A DNA stretch of 64,000 nt. Origin: Octopus sinensis. Taxonomy: Eukaryota. The stretch's first letter is position 1. Every line of letters starts with the position of its first letter. The stretch lies in the NCBI RefSeq assembly GCF_006345805.1, contig NC_043002.1, positions 93,744,001 to 93,808,000 of the forward strand. The letters are read 5' to 3'. Shown one piece after another: positions 39,262-53,279 of this stretch. Position numbers and translations under genes: made by a program. The notes under the pieces are model-generated. The model was given only the letters and a program-made list of their open reading frames with translations. It made no database searches and was not told the DNA's origin.

Positions 39262-40487
39262 TTGGGTTGTCAGACAAATTTGTTATTTGAATAAATATGA
39301 AAAATATTTTCTTAATGTTTTGTGTGTATCTTTTTTTTGTTGTTTTGTTCTTCCTCTACAACTTTTGTTTATATATTTTGAAATTTGAATACATTTTGCC
39401 TCTTTGCAAATATATGATGATGTATAAAAAAAATGAGCATTTTCGACACCCGCCTGTTTTCGCTTTCAATCAAACTTCTAAAACTGCCAAAACTGCTGGA
39501 GACATTTGCACTGTGTGCAGAGAAGGTGCCATTACTCAAGGAACTGCACAGAAATGGAATTTACGTTTCATAGTGAGAACATCCGACCTCATAGATTCCC
39601 TGCACTTCGGCCGACCTGCTCAGTTTAATGAGGATCGATTGGGCCAATTCAGTTGGAAATTGTCTCAGCAAATGAGATCCTCCATTGATATCAAAACCTG
39701 TTACCTTCCCACGATGGGTAAGGTCCAAAAACTTGGTGCATGAGTACTATAAATTCTGAACAAAAGAGACAAACTCCAACGCTGCTCTATCACCGCCAGT
39801 TTGCTCGCTTGACACTACGTTACTCGTGGACACAAATATTTCTTTACCACTTCGTCACGGCGATGAAAAATAGTGTCTTTGCGTCAGTGTGAAACAGAGG
39901 AAAGAATTGCAAGCGAGCAACAAATCGAGTCAAGCCAGACGTGCATTCTAGCAAGAGAAAGGTTTGCTTTTGGTGAGATTAGGAAGGGTAATCCACTACA
40001 AAATGCTGGAAAACAACCGCATGGTCAATGCAGTGCTTTAGGTTCAGCAAATGCATAGGTTCAGCGAGGCAATCAGGCTGAAACGACCCGGCCGGTGACA
40101 CGGAATACTTCTTCAACATAACACTCGCCTCCCCATTGTTAATTTGGCCAAATAGCTATTCAAGAGCTCGATTGGAACGTTCAACAGAACTCACCGATTT
40201 CTCTTAATATAGCACCTCCAGATTATCATCTTTTACGGTCGCTCTCGGGCAGTCTGCGAGGCGTTTCATTCAAGAACGACATAGAGTTGAAAACATCGCT
40301 CGATGAATTCTTCGAGTTTAGACCCAATGATTTCTAACGGCAAGGTATTGACTTGTTAATGAACGTTGGCAAGAAGTTACGAACAATGAAAGAGAATATA
40401 TTATTGACTGATTTGTGAAAACTGCAGATGAAAAATAAAGATTAAAATAAATGAACAAAAAACGACCGAATTTATTTGAGAACCCAA
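39262..40487 (+). mobile_element. Full-length decayed mariner, about 1.23 kb
   Basis: Imperfect TIRs TTGGGTTGTCAGACAAATT / TTGGGTTCTCAAATAAATT; 'KNEHFRH', 'GRPAQFNEDRL', 'GKVQKLGA', 'IAPPDYHLLRSL', 'ERWQEV.NNE.EYIID'. Confidence 0.88.
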
Positions 40488-40750
40488 TTGTATACAATTG
40501 CTATTGTAATGCTGTCAGTATTATTCTTATTAGTCATTCACATCTATGAAGGGAAATTATGTATACGTATACGCGCGCACGCACGCATACACATGCGCGC
40601 GCATATGTATATGTACACAACCGCACACATATCTCGGCTCCGTGAAGTCGGCATAAATGTTAAAAAATTTAAAATACCACAATTTTATTTGTTCTTCCTC
40701 TTTCACATATTTGTTGCTGATGGCACCACCTAGATTGAAGATTTCTTGTT

Positions 40751-40782
<32 letters not shown>

Positions 40783-41465
40783 TGTATGTATGTATTATGT
40801 ATGTATGCATGTTTTTCTCTCTTCCTCTCTCTTATTATTTTACCTCCTTTTCTCCCACTATTCTATCCTATCACTCTTTCGTTTTTCCTCTCTTCTTTTC
40901 TCTTATTCTTCTACCTCCCCTATTCCCCCTCCTGTTTTTTCTCACTTATCCTATTTACAATTTTTCCCCTCCCCTTCACAGTTCTCTGTCTGTCACTCTC
41001 TCTCCCTCACTCGTCCTCCCTTGCTCACGTGGTTCCCACGTGACCATCAGCTATCTTTCTTTCTTTCTCTCCGTTGTAGCTGGATCAAGGAAGACATTTC
41101 TTGTCTGTCACTCGTCCAAGCTTAATTTACGCGTTCGTCGCCACAACCTCATTTAAGCTTAGCAGTCCTCTCTGTTTGTTTTCACCGTTCTGTTTTTGTT
41201 ACCAATTTTGACCCTCCGCAAAATCCCAAATTTTATTTGATTTGCTTTGCGGGAGTAACTGTTTTATCGAAAGTGTATCTTGTTATGAAATGCTCGAAAT
41301 ACGAGAGTAGAGAAACAGCCAACAATTGATGAAGGGTCGTTCTTTATGTTGTTTCTCTTGTTTTCCATTTGTGTCTTTCATTGTTCGAAAAAAATAGTTC
41401 ATATTCCATGTACTCGTACTTCGTATTTTTGTTGTACACGTTTCGTGACGTCCTGTGCCCACATA

Positions 41466-41570
<105 letters not shown>

Positions 41571-41639
41571 CGTATAGATGTAAGTATATGTACATATACG
41601 TATGTATATATGCATATATATATTATTTATATTATGTAT

Positions 41640-42135
41640 GTAGGTATGTCATTATTCAGTTTTATTTCAAGATTTCTTGCCAATAGAGAAAGAGCCGGTT
41701 TCTAACCTAAATCCATGGCTCCTTCACTGGAATTTCAACAACATCAACAGGGTATTTTGTATGTATGTTTGTATGTATGCAGATTTGTATGTTTTGCTTT
41801 ATGTGTATATTCTCATGCATCTACTTGCATATCTAGACATGCTCATATACACTTAAATGATAAACTTGCGTAAAGTTTTACAGATTCTTACAGTTCCGGT
41901 GATGAACTGGATCTGTAGTCTCCGAATTAGCTTTTTTCTGGTTTTGAAAAGCCTAATTTCTCAAGATTGATATTTAAGCAGCGTGTTACATATCCTAGCG
42001 ACCCAATAATTACAGGTATAAACCCGAACTTGTAATACGGATAGAATAACTGCAAATTTCTCAATAGTTCAGTGTAGGTATTTTCTTTTTCGTTGATCTT
42101 TATGTTAACATCCACTGGACAGCTGATTTCCACGC
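41640..42135 (-). mobile_element. 5'-truncated copy of the second RLE LINE family, including its 3' UTR
   Basis: 'EISCPVDVNIKINEKENTY..LLRNLQL.YP.YKFGFIPVIIGSLGYVT' matches 32530-32720; 3' UTR stem-loop GGAGCC/GGCTCT. Confidence 0.8.
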
Positions 42136-43245
42136 GTGACTGAATGGTTAAAATACTATCTTTGCAATATCGAAATCTCGAACTCTATCCCGCTGCGTGC
42201 ATATACTTTCTTTGAGATATTTTTCTATTCATCGCAAAAGTCGAGTTGCTTATTAACAAAGTGATAATGCTTTTTATTTGAGTTAGAGAAGTTTCAAAGA
42301 TTTGTGAATGTATCAGGGAGTTATTGCATGCATATATGTACGTGTGTGTGAATATACTTGCACCTATGCAATAGATACAACTCTCTTTAGTTCTCGAGTG
42401 TATGCATATGATCACTCGCAATGTATGCGGATGGGCGTATGTCATATGGACACGTGTAACTGTGCGTATTCATTCCAGAAGATTCAAATGGAAAAACTTT
42501 AGAATGTTTATACAAGTTTTCACAATACCGGCAATCGAATGAATTTGGTGAATGCAAGTAATTTTGCTTTGTCCTTTCTTAGAAAATCCCTGCATTTTCG
42601 GGCTTTTTTGTAAAATTGTTATAAAGCCCAATGCATCCGTGTTAAATGAAGATTTATAGCCTGGACACTATATGCATGCATGTATGTACTTATGTACGTT
42701 TGTATGTATGTATGTATGTATGTATGTATGTATGTATGTATGTATGCATGCATGCATGCATTTTTTTCTTTTTTAATTTAGAGTTAATTTTGACCGGCCG
42801 CCAGAGTGGGCGAGACCCTAAATGATTTTCATATTTTATTTCCTGTTTAATCATATTTGTTGTAACTAACATGTGTTTTAATAAAGTTTTTAAAAAAAAT
42901 TGTGTAATTTATTGTTTTTATATATTTCTAACTTTAATTCCATAACATCTTTCACTCCTTCTCCCGTATTTATATAACTTTTTTTGTTCCGCTCTATGTT
43001 TTTGTAAGCCTTCTTTCAAATGTTCATTGTTTTTTATTGTATCAATTCAAGCACAACCGAACGTGCTTTTATTACATGGTGTCATATTTTGTTTAGTTTT
43101 CATGTTTTGTAGTCTATTGAGAGTTCTGTATATAATAAACAGTGTCTAGTAATTTTATATCCTGTATGTTGTATGCATGTTCAAGTTCAAGAGGATTGTT
43201 TCTATTTTCAGTTTCCACATTCTAGTTACCCTTATTTCCAGTGTT

Positions 43246-43516
43246 ACTCTTTACTCTTTTACTCTTTTACTTGTTTCAGTCATTTGACTGCGGCCATGCT
43301 GGAGCACCGCCTTTAATCGAGCAACTCGACCCAAGGACTTATTCTTTGTAAGCCCAGTACTTATTCTATCGGTCTCTTTTGCTGAACCGCAAAGTGACGG
43401 GGACATAAACACACCAGCATCGGTTGTCAAGCAATGCTAGGGGGACAAACACAGACACACAAACACACACACACACACATATATATATATATTATATATA
43501 TATATATACTATATAT

Positions 43517-43593
<77 letters not shown>

Positions 43594-43759
43594 TACGACA
43601 GGCTTCTTTCAGTTTCCGTCTACCAAATCCACTCACAAGGCATTGGTCGACCCGGGGCTATAGCAGAAGACACTTGCCCAAGATGCCACGCAGTGGGACT
43701 GACACCCGGAACCATGTGGTTGGTAAACAAGCTACTTACCACACAGCCACTCCTGCGCC
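43246..43759 (-). mobile_element. SINE family A, full length
   Basis: Reverse complement homologous to 4435-4879, with about 120 bp of internal (TA)n. Confidence 0.9.
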
Positions 43760-44768
43760 TATGTCGATCATATTTTCTTTATAATGGTTTTGTTATTTTA
43801 TTTATTGTTATCGCAGTTTACTACAGATTTATTCTATTATGTTTTGTTACTTATTTTCTGTTTTGTATGGGTTGCATATTTTTTTGTGATTTATATTTTC
43901 AGTTTTTATAATCTTAATCGTATTTTAGGCTTTCGAAATTTTGTTCCATGCTTTTGTTCGCGTGTTTTCCTTATGTAATTCTTTTGTTTTGCCTTTTTTT
44001 TTGGGACTTGAGAATGTATATTCTTGTAGTTAGCGTGTTGGGATCCAAAGTTATATTCAGATCGGGGTAATTTTTTTCGCTAGTTGTTATATTTTGTGGT
44101 AGTCTCTTTTGAGAAATAAACTGTAATTGTAAAATAGGCATCTTTTCTTTAATATTAATGTAAGTTCGACTACAACGTCTATGCGCTAGTGCCTAGTCAG
44201 TACTTATTACCAATATTTTCGATATCTTACTTATAAAGTACAGTACAACCATTACAATCACTCTCGAGCGGGAATGACCTGATAACATGTATCATACTTT
44301 CGCTCATTGCTTTAGATGTCTATGCTGTAACGAGCAGGCATAGACAGCTTCTCGGACTCTTCGACCTTGGTTCAGCGACACATCTATGATGCAAAACTTG
44401 GGGCATAGAGAACTGTTTTAGTACTCGGTTGGTATTTATTTACAGATGAAAAGACCGGGGCACCGCGAAAGGAAATGTCTTGCTTAAGGACACAACGCGC
44501 CTCCAGGTTTAGAAATTGAAGATTCTGCCTACTAGATTACAGGCCTTCGCACGTTAGTGATAAAATTCTAATTACAAGTTAATACATTACTTATTTTAAA
44601 AGCCTTTAACATTTTTGTAATGCAGTTTAAATTTTCTTCGATGTTTGGATGTTTATACTACGTGTCAATGTATTGGTATATTTCTCATTGGATATATATG
44701 TCAACTCTGATTATATTTGATATATATATATATATATATATATATATCAAATATATACTACAGCTTAT

Positions 44769-44812
<44 letters not shown>

Positions 44813-44988
44813 ATATTATATATATTATATATATATATGCTGTAGTGGGGAACAGTTCACACGTGTGCTGAGGCTGACCGAAGGATTTTATATTTAGATA
44901 TATCTGGGGTACTTATACGTACTCATGATTTTTGCTGCGGCTTTTTTCCATGGGCGCTTGTAAGTATTTCATTTATGTATTTTCGTAT

Positions 44989-45050
44989 TTTCTACTGAAG
45001 AGGAAAAAATCTATTATAAGATTAATTCCGAAATTGATTCAATATAGAAA
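44989..45050 (+). ncRNA. Canonical type I hammerhead ribozyme
   Basis: UUUCUA-CUGAAGA-GGAA aa AAUCU(AUUAUA)AGAUU aa UUCC-GAAA-UUGA U UCAA-UA^UAGAAA: intact core, 6-bp helix I. Confidence 0.85.
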
Positions 45051-45868
45051 TAACGAACTTTTTAAAAAAAATCTTTTGGCCAGCTTTCCTCGATTTCAGC
45101 TCTACGTGTTTTTTGTTGCGAGTAAATAATATGTGGAAATTGACGATTTAAAAGTCTGTTATCAGCATATAGGCATTGAAATAATTTTCTTTAGCCCTTG
45201 TTTATAAGTTGTGTATATATATATATATATAAGTTGTATATATGTTGGTGTTGTCAGAACTAGACAGAAAGAATAAAGTGAATTAGGGATTTACCCAAAA
45301 GCTACCACTTTTTATGGGTTTCAGGCTGGTGTCTGTCATTTCTTTTTCTGTTGTGCGGCATTGTTGATGCACTCTGTTAATAAAAAAACTGTTACATTTG
45401 ATGTGTCAACATTACCTAAGAGAATGGTATGTTATCAAATGATTTTCGGTAATTAATTCTTTTCCGTTGTTCCGTATTTAATAATTTTAGCATAACAAAG
45501 TATTTTAGCTGATCCATATTTATTGATAATTTCAGATATGTAACACAAATCTCAGGCCTTTCCAGATGTCTTTAAGTCAACATAATGTATTTGATTTCTC
45601 AAGCATCTTTTCATAAGTCTTCCCAACACTCAACTTATGCTATAATCCATTATATGTATGTCAAATACTTAATTAAGTTTTGGTTTAAAAATTATTCCGA
45701 CTTAAAACCTAAGTATATTAGAGTGCCTAATTGGAAAACAGACTGTCGCAGTGTCGATACTTTTTAGTATTTCTCTGTGATAAAATGCATGATTAACTTC
45801 AATTGTTATTTGTCCAAAAAAATGAATATTTGTCAAAACCAATATATCTCAAACAACACCACATTTGA

Positions 45869-45921
45869 AATGTTTATAAGGCGTATACACCTGAATGTGG
45901 TGTATGCACCTTATAAACATT
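45869..45921. repeat. Isolated 23-bp inverted repeat with 7-nt loop
   Basis: AATGTTTATAAGGCGTATACACC / GGTGTATGCACCTTATAAACATT, 21/23 paired. Confidence 0.8.
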
Positions 45922-47509
45922 CACCTATACTGGTTCATATATACTGGGTCTAGGGATATTCTTAGGAGAATTAAAACCATTACAGTCTCGTCTCTGATTA
46001 CATGATCATATTAACTTCAGGATTGGTCGCGTCTAAGATAAATTTAAGGATAATAAATGTATATGAGCGTAATCTATCTGTAAAATTTTGCATTATTGAA
46101 TTATTTAATAAGGATTTACAACGACTAGAGGTTGTCCTATTATGCTTTTACACAGCGAATTGGAGTTTATGAATTCGTTCCATGAAAAAAGAAATACAAA
46201 AGAATATTCAGGAGGATTTGAAATCAAACTAAAATAAGCATATTAAGCGTTGTAATTCGAATACAATGCAGCACTTGATCTGTTTCAGCAGCCGATTACT
46301 AATATATCGAGCGAACCAAAATCAAGCAATGCATTTATATTTTTTTATAAGATACACTACCTCTTTCACAAAACAGTGAGAGAGTTTATAAACAAAATAT
46401 GTTTTTCGTACATATTTAATTCGAGCTGTATTGATGAAAAGACTGATTGAACCAGCAATATTTGAACTCACAACGGTCTGGTATTGAACTTGGTATCCCG
46501 TTACAGTACAAACTATTATTCGATTCTCCTCATCCTGCAATATTTAACTACCCCAAAGTCAAATCACACTAGTGTAGACCAGATCTCGGATTTAAAAAAA
46601 AAACCCAGATTATCTTATAATCTGATACTGCACATCTAACTGGAATTTTGTAATTTCACCTACAACTATAATTTGCTAATTGATATATGACGTTATATGA
46701 TGTAATATGCTATCTTTCTTCAGCCACTTCTCAAACCTTTCTCCAGTAATTTTAAAGTTTGACTTGCTACATGTTTAAAGTTTCGACTTTCTATTCAGTT
46801 TCTTCACTCTTGTCCGTAACTATCCTCACAGCCTCCCACGTGTGTTCATTTGCGCATTCCTTGATATTTATATTTACATTCAAATTAAAAAAATAATGAT
46901 AATAGTCAATTAACGAATATAAGAGTGAAAATAAATGATAAAATATATAATAAATCAAAATAAAGAAATAGAAATAAGGAATAAAGAATGTATAAAAATA
47001 AAGGTGAAACAAAATTTATGTTTATGTGTGTATGCACGTGCATGTATATGTATTTGTATATGTATATATGGATGTGATTATTTATGTATTAGTATATGTA
47101 TGTGCGTGCGTATATAGATGTTTCCTTCTTAAGTTACTTCACTAGTTCACAAGAATTTATGTATATTATTAAAAGGTTATGGAAACAATTATAGTATTGT
47201 TTATATTTACTTATTGGTTTCTAGTTATTATATAGTATAGTATTATATATTTAGGTGTATATTGGGATGGGACGCCTAATATTCATATGTAGGCCTACGT
47301 TATATATTTATGATTAGTAGGTGGATTTATTCGGTGCATTACGTCATCAAAATTGGTGTTATCGATAGATTTATAGTATTTGTATCTAAATTAAATTGTA
47401 TTATACTATGCGATTAATTAATAGAAATCAATACTCAATGTCATTATTGAACTGATTTTTAAGTTTTATATAATATAATTTAATGTATGTTGTTTACATT
47501 TATATTATA

Positions 47510-48920
47510 CTAGCAATATCACCCGGCGTTGCTCGGGTTTGTAAGGGAAATAACTATAAAGCATTTTTAGAGAGTTATAGCCAAAAAATAGCAAAAAATG
47601 CATTAAAAATGGAAAAAAAATATGGGAAATTTCTTTTTAAATCGTTGACTCATCGTAGACATTTTTAGAGAGTTACTTCCCTTATATAATAGCAAAAAAT
47701 GGATTAAAAATGGGAAAAAATGATGGTAATTTTTTTTTTAAATCGTAGACTCAGCGTAGACGCGCACTAATACCCAGAAGGGCTCGATATGAATCACGAC
47801 TATAAGATACCCGGTTTTGGTTAAACTGCACCGCAAAATGTGGGAGTAGTTAGGAATCTAAATCGTAGGAGACAGACACACAACCTCACTTTTATATATA
47901 AAGACTAGCAGTATCGCCCGGCGTTGCTCGGGTTTGTAAGGGAAATAACTATATAAGCAGTTTTAGAGAGTTACTTCCCTTACAGATGCCAATTCGGGCT
48001 TTCTTAGCCATTTCTGTTTTGGTGTCTTCAAACCATGAAGTCGTTGTTCTAAAAGAACGCTGGTCTCCTTGACAACGCTTTACGACGTTGATTTCCTTAC
48101 ACTCCCTTCCCCACAGCTTCACGAGGGAGGGAAGAAGGGGGAGAAGCAAACACAGGTGCAGGTGTTTGAGCGTGGACGCCAACTCCGCCGCCATCGATAC
48201 ACGAAAAATTATGCATTAAAATGGAATAAAAAATGATGTTAAATTATTTTTTAAATCGTAGACGCGCGCTAATAGCCAGACGGGCTCGATATTAATCACG
48301 ACTATAAGATACCCGAATTTGGTTAAACTGCACCGCAAAATGTGGGAGGAGTTAGGAATCTAAATCGAAGGGGACAGACACTCACAAAACTACAGTTTTA
48401 TATATCACTAGCAGTATCGCCCGGCGTTGCTCGGGTTTGTAAGGGAAATAACTATATAAGCATTTTTAGAGAGTTACTTCCCTTATAGATGCCAATTCGG
48501 GCTTTCTTAGCCATTTCTGTTTTGGTGTCTTGAAGCCATGAAGTCGTTGTTCTAAAAGAACGCTGGTCTCCTTGACAACGCTTTACGACGTTGATTTCCT
48601 TACACTCCCTTCCCCACAGCTTCACGAGGGAGGGAAGAAGGGGGAGAAGCAAACAGGTGCAGGTGTGACCATGGACGCCAACTCCGCCGCCATCGACACA
48701 CGAAAAATTATGCATTAAAATGGAATAAAAAATGATGTTAAATTATTTTTAAAATCGTAGACTCATCGTAGACGCGCGCTAATACTCAGACGTGCTCGAT
48801 ATGAATCGCGACTATAAGATACCCGAATTTGGTTAAACTGCACCGCAAAATGTGGGAGTAGTTAGGAATCTAAATCGAAGGGGACAGACACTCACACAAC
48901 TACAGTTTTATATATATAGA
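47510..48920 (-). mobile_element. Head-to-tail array of three non-autonomous Helitrons
   Basis: Units 47510-47904, 47905-48407 and 48408-48920, each beginning (plus strand) CTAGCA.TATC.CCCGGCGTTGCTCGGG. The last two share a cargo of about 210 bp. Confidence 0.9.
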
Positions 48921-49541
48921 TTTAACCTATGTTAAATCTAGTTATATTTTTAAAGTTATATTATTAAATTTAAGTTATATTGTAAGTTTAGTTATTTCAA
49001 CTTTGCTTAAATTTTTAATATATATATTCATAATGTCTGTATTCAAATTAAAATGTATTATATTATTTGGTTAATTAGTAAAGCTCAGTACTCAATATTA
49101 TTATTAAGCCTATATTTGGACACCATATAATATAATATAGTATATGTTATTCATATTTAAGTTGTTTTAACCTATACATGTTTAATATTTATCTGAATTA
49201 AAAAGTGTTATATTAGCTGATAGATAGTAACGGTCTATAGTTGATATTATTATTAAAATGAAATTTAAACATATAATATAATTTAGTATATGTTATTTAT
49301 ATTATATTATTTTTAATTATTTAAAATTATTTTATTCTGTGTTTGGTTTTTGAATTAAGCTATAATTATCATATCATGTTTGTATTTTAATGTTTGGTTT
49401 TATTTATTATTTATTTATTAAATTCTTTTAATTTTCTAAAGTATATTTAGGTTAATCACAACAAATTAAAATATTCACCCTCTTCAAGTTAATTAATTTG
49501 CATTTAGATGTTAAATACTTTATTTTATGCTTATTTTATAT

Positions 49542-52480
49542 CATGCCTATACTTCAGTTTCAGTTTAATTATTGATCATGAATTTATTAATTAATTCAAT
49601 TTTATAAAAACATATTTCGAGTAGTGGCAACATGCCTATACTTATAATTTTCAGTTTAATTATCTATTATTTATTTACTAATTAATTAAATCTTCTAAAA
49701 ACATATTTCGAGTAGTGGCAAAAAGCTAAAGTATTCTCTTTCCTAGAATTAATAAATTTATACTTGGATTTTTTTATTTGAAAAATTTCTTCAGTACATA
49801 AGTGACATTTCTTAGATGAAATTTGATAAGCTCTGGCATGGCTTACAACCTCCCATTTAATCGTATAATCATTCCCATTATCCTTTAACATGCATATAAA
49901 TTTGCTGGGACTACTGTTATTAATTTTATGCCTATTTCTAAAACAATTCTCATGGTTCGCAATTCTGCGTTTAAATCTAGTTTCAGTTGAACTTATGTAA
50001 TGGTATACCTTCCCTTCAGATTCAACTATACACCTATATACTAGGTTATCCTGTTTACAATTATTATTAAATTTACAATATTCTTTAATCCTACAATTTA
50101 TATTAACATCATTATTAATACAATTATTTTCATTTTTATTATTCCTATTATTTGGGTTAGGAAGGGAATTAATATGGGTTATATGCCTTCTTTTATTATA
50201 ATTTATCCTAACATCATTTTTATTTAAATTACAATTGTTATAGAAACTATCTAATTTTTTAATTATTAATTGAGGATATAACTGCCAAAAAATTCTTCGG
50301 TAGGGAATGACCAACTTCTATAGATTTAGAATCAAGAATTTAACTATACTTATTATCTTTATTTAAATGTTTCTGTATTGATCGATAAATAGATCTGACT
50401 GTGTTACTTTTAATTTGACTTGCAAAGAGGATAATGAACCACAAATATTGGTTTTATTTAGACAACCATAATCCACATTCTTTTCTACTCTAGGCACAAG
50501 GTCCGAAATTTTGGGAGAGGGGGCGAGTCGATTAGATCGACCCCAGTACGCAACTGGTACTTAATTTATTGACCCCGAAAGGATGAAAGCAAAGTCTACC
50601 ACAGCGGAATTTGAACTCAGAACGTAAAGACAGACGAAAAACCGCTAATCATTTCACCCGACATGTTAACGTTTCTTATTTCTTTATTGCCACAAGGGGC
50701 TAAACATAAAGGGGACAAACAAGGACAGACAAAGGGATTAAGTCAATTACATCGACCCTAGTGCGTAACTGGTGCTTAATTTATCGACCCCGAAAGGATG
50801 AAAGGCAAAGTCGACCACAGCGGAATTTGAACTCAGAACGTAAAGACAGACGAAATACCGCTAGTCATTTCACCCGGCATGTTAACGTTTCTGCCAGCTC
50901 ACCGCGTTTACCATAATCCATATTATGTTTTTCAGAAGTTATGCAAGGAGTATATCTTCTTTTAGTATTTATATTATGTTTACTATTGTAAGTATTATCA
51001 TATATATTGTTATCAATGCTGTTAATTTGTGTTCTACTAGATTTTTTTTATTTTTGCCTTCATTATTACTATATTTAGCATCATGTTTGATGAGTTTATA
51101 ATCAATTTTAGTATTTATCATTACACTTTTGTTATTGCTTTTCCTGTTTTTAAAACTTTGGTAATTTATCCTAGGGTTTGTTTAACTATCCATACTTTAT
51201 ATATTTTATCATTATCTGTAGTTTTAGTTCTTACAGTATATATCATATTTGGGTTACCCTTTATTTTATCTTCGCTATTTTCATAAGTCTATAGTATTTT
51301 ATTTTATATTTATATCCAGTTTTTTCAAATACATCATTATAGAAGTCAGCATTTTTATTGAAGATTTCTTCATTATAGGAAAGATAAGTTAGCTTTTTTT
51401 ATGTTTTTAATTAATGTGTTTTTAGTGATTTGGGATGATTACGCAGATTATTAATATATATTAGATTCGTACTGGGCTTATAATACAGTTCATATTTACC
51501 AGTGACAAGATTAAAGTTAATATCTAAAAAATTAGTCGAGTTATTTTCTTTTTCTATAGATATCGAGAGACCACAATTTTTTAAAAATTTATATAATTTT
51601 TCTTATAGTTCTGATTTCCTATTTGATGGGTTTGTAATTATAAACAGCGCATCATCTCTATTATAGTCCACCCGTAATTACAGAGAATTCATTATATAAC
51701 TTATATAGAACATATATGCCTTCTATTTCCGTTACTTGGGCCGAGTCCACGGACTCCATGGTTATGTCAAACGAATTATAGGAATCCTTTCTAACTCAAT
51801 ATTTATTATCAAACTTCATCACTGATTTTCTAGCTGTTAAGATAACGTTAAGTTCCTTCCTATTCAAGTCGGAATAGGAAGGAAGTTAATTTTTAGCGAA
51901 AATAAGAGCTTTATTCATTATTATCTGATTAATGAAAGAGTAATAGTTGTCAAAAATTTAAATTTATATTTATTAACAATAACCAGCCTAATGCTTCTTG
52001 GGTATTTGCCCAAAATTCAAGTTTAATCTTTTTCTTAAGTATAGGTATGTACTTATCTAAGATATTCTTACTTGATATACCTCTGTCAGATTTTCCGCGG
52101 CATATTAGTCTAACTTTAAGGGTAGTTAGGAAGTTTTCCTTTTTGTCGTTCAAGGTGATTCTAGGTCTTTTAGAAATAAATGGCTCTGTCAAATCATCAA
52201 TTCTATATTCTTAGAATCCAAGTTAATTAATCTTAATACATTCTTATTAGCTACTCCATAGTTCTTTGTAATTTCATTCGTAAGAAGTTCATGGTACTTA
52301 TCAATGTTCAAATTATAAAGATTTCCTGTCTTATCTGAGTGTACTACAATTCCAGTTTTTTTTCTTTTGAGTTTCAGGACTAAAGATTTCATTTTCATTA
52401 AATGTGTATTCCTTCTAATTGGATATTTCTGAAATTCAATGTTTTCTTTATTAAATTCCATAGTTCATCTTCGATCGGTT
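49542..52480 (-). mobile_element. Penelope-like retroelement, near-complete RT plus GIY-YIG ORF, decayed
   Basis: RT 'SDKTGNLY', 'PRITLNDKKENF...RLICRGKSD', 'GL[Y]RDDAL', 'NFLDINFNL.TGKY'; GIY-YIG 'VYRCIVE...YISSTETRFKRRIANH...KCHLCTEE'; about 89-bp tandem 3' repeat 49542-49720. Confidence 0.88.
50480..50909 (-). mobile_element. SINE family B dimer with 15-bp TSD, inserted in the PLE
   Basis: ACCATAATCCA(C/T)ATT at 50465-50479 and 50910-50924; tail-1 unit followed by tail-2 unit. Confidence 0.88.
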
Positions 52481-52960
52481 CATGATGAGCGTTAGATGGC
52501 GGGAATTTCCTCGTTTTAAAATTTTCCCTTACACATGCTCACACAAATAGTAAACATGCCTATATATCTAAATATTAATAATGATATAATTACTTTAATA
52601 ACATTTTACTAATATGCATACATACTTACGAATTAATAAAGTAACTTAAGAAGGAAACATGCACACACACACACACACACACACACATACAGACATGAAC
52701 AAATACATTCATACTTGTTAAATATGTATATTTATAAATACACATATACATACGCACGCATAAATTTATTTCACTTTTATTTAATTTATTTTATTTTATT
52801 ACTTATTTTATTTCTATTTTTTAATTTTTATTTTTACTGCTATATGCTTTTATTTATATACTCTAATAAGTAACTTAGGAAGGAAACATATACGCATGCA
52901 CAGACATTGGTGCATAAACAATTGACATCCATTCTTGCTGCGTGTATATATATATATATG

Positions 52961-53009
<49 letters not shown>

Positions 53010-53218
53010 TATATATACACGTATATATGTATGTATGCATATATGTGTATGTATGTAAGTATCTACACACACACACACACATATATATACACACCATATA
53101 AACTTACACATAGGCACACACGTATACAAATATGAGCATACATTTTATTTCACTTTTATTTTATTTTATTCATTATATATTTTTACTCTTATTTACTGTA
53201 ACTCATCATTCATTATTA

Positions 53219-53279
<61 letters not shown>

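Noticed and set aside
41690-41735. GAAAGAGCC...GGCTCC as a hammerhead helix III
   Set aside because: No matching core or helix I; better explained as the LINE 3' UTR stem-loop on the minus strand.
46050-46800. Possible PLE GIY-YIG relic on the minus strand
   Set aside because: Only a faint 'VVY..K.KC' resemblance; too decayed to call.
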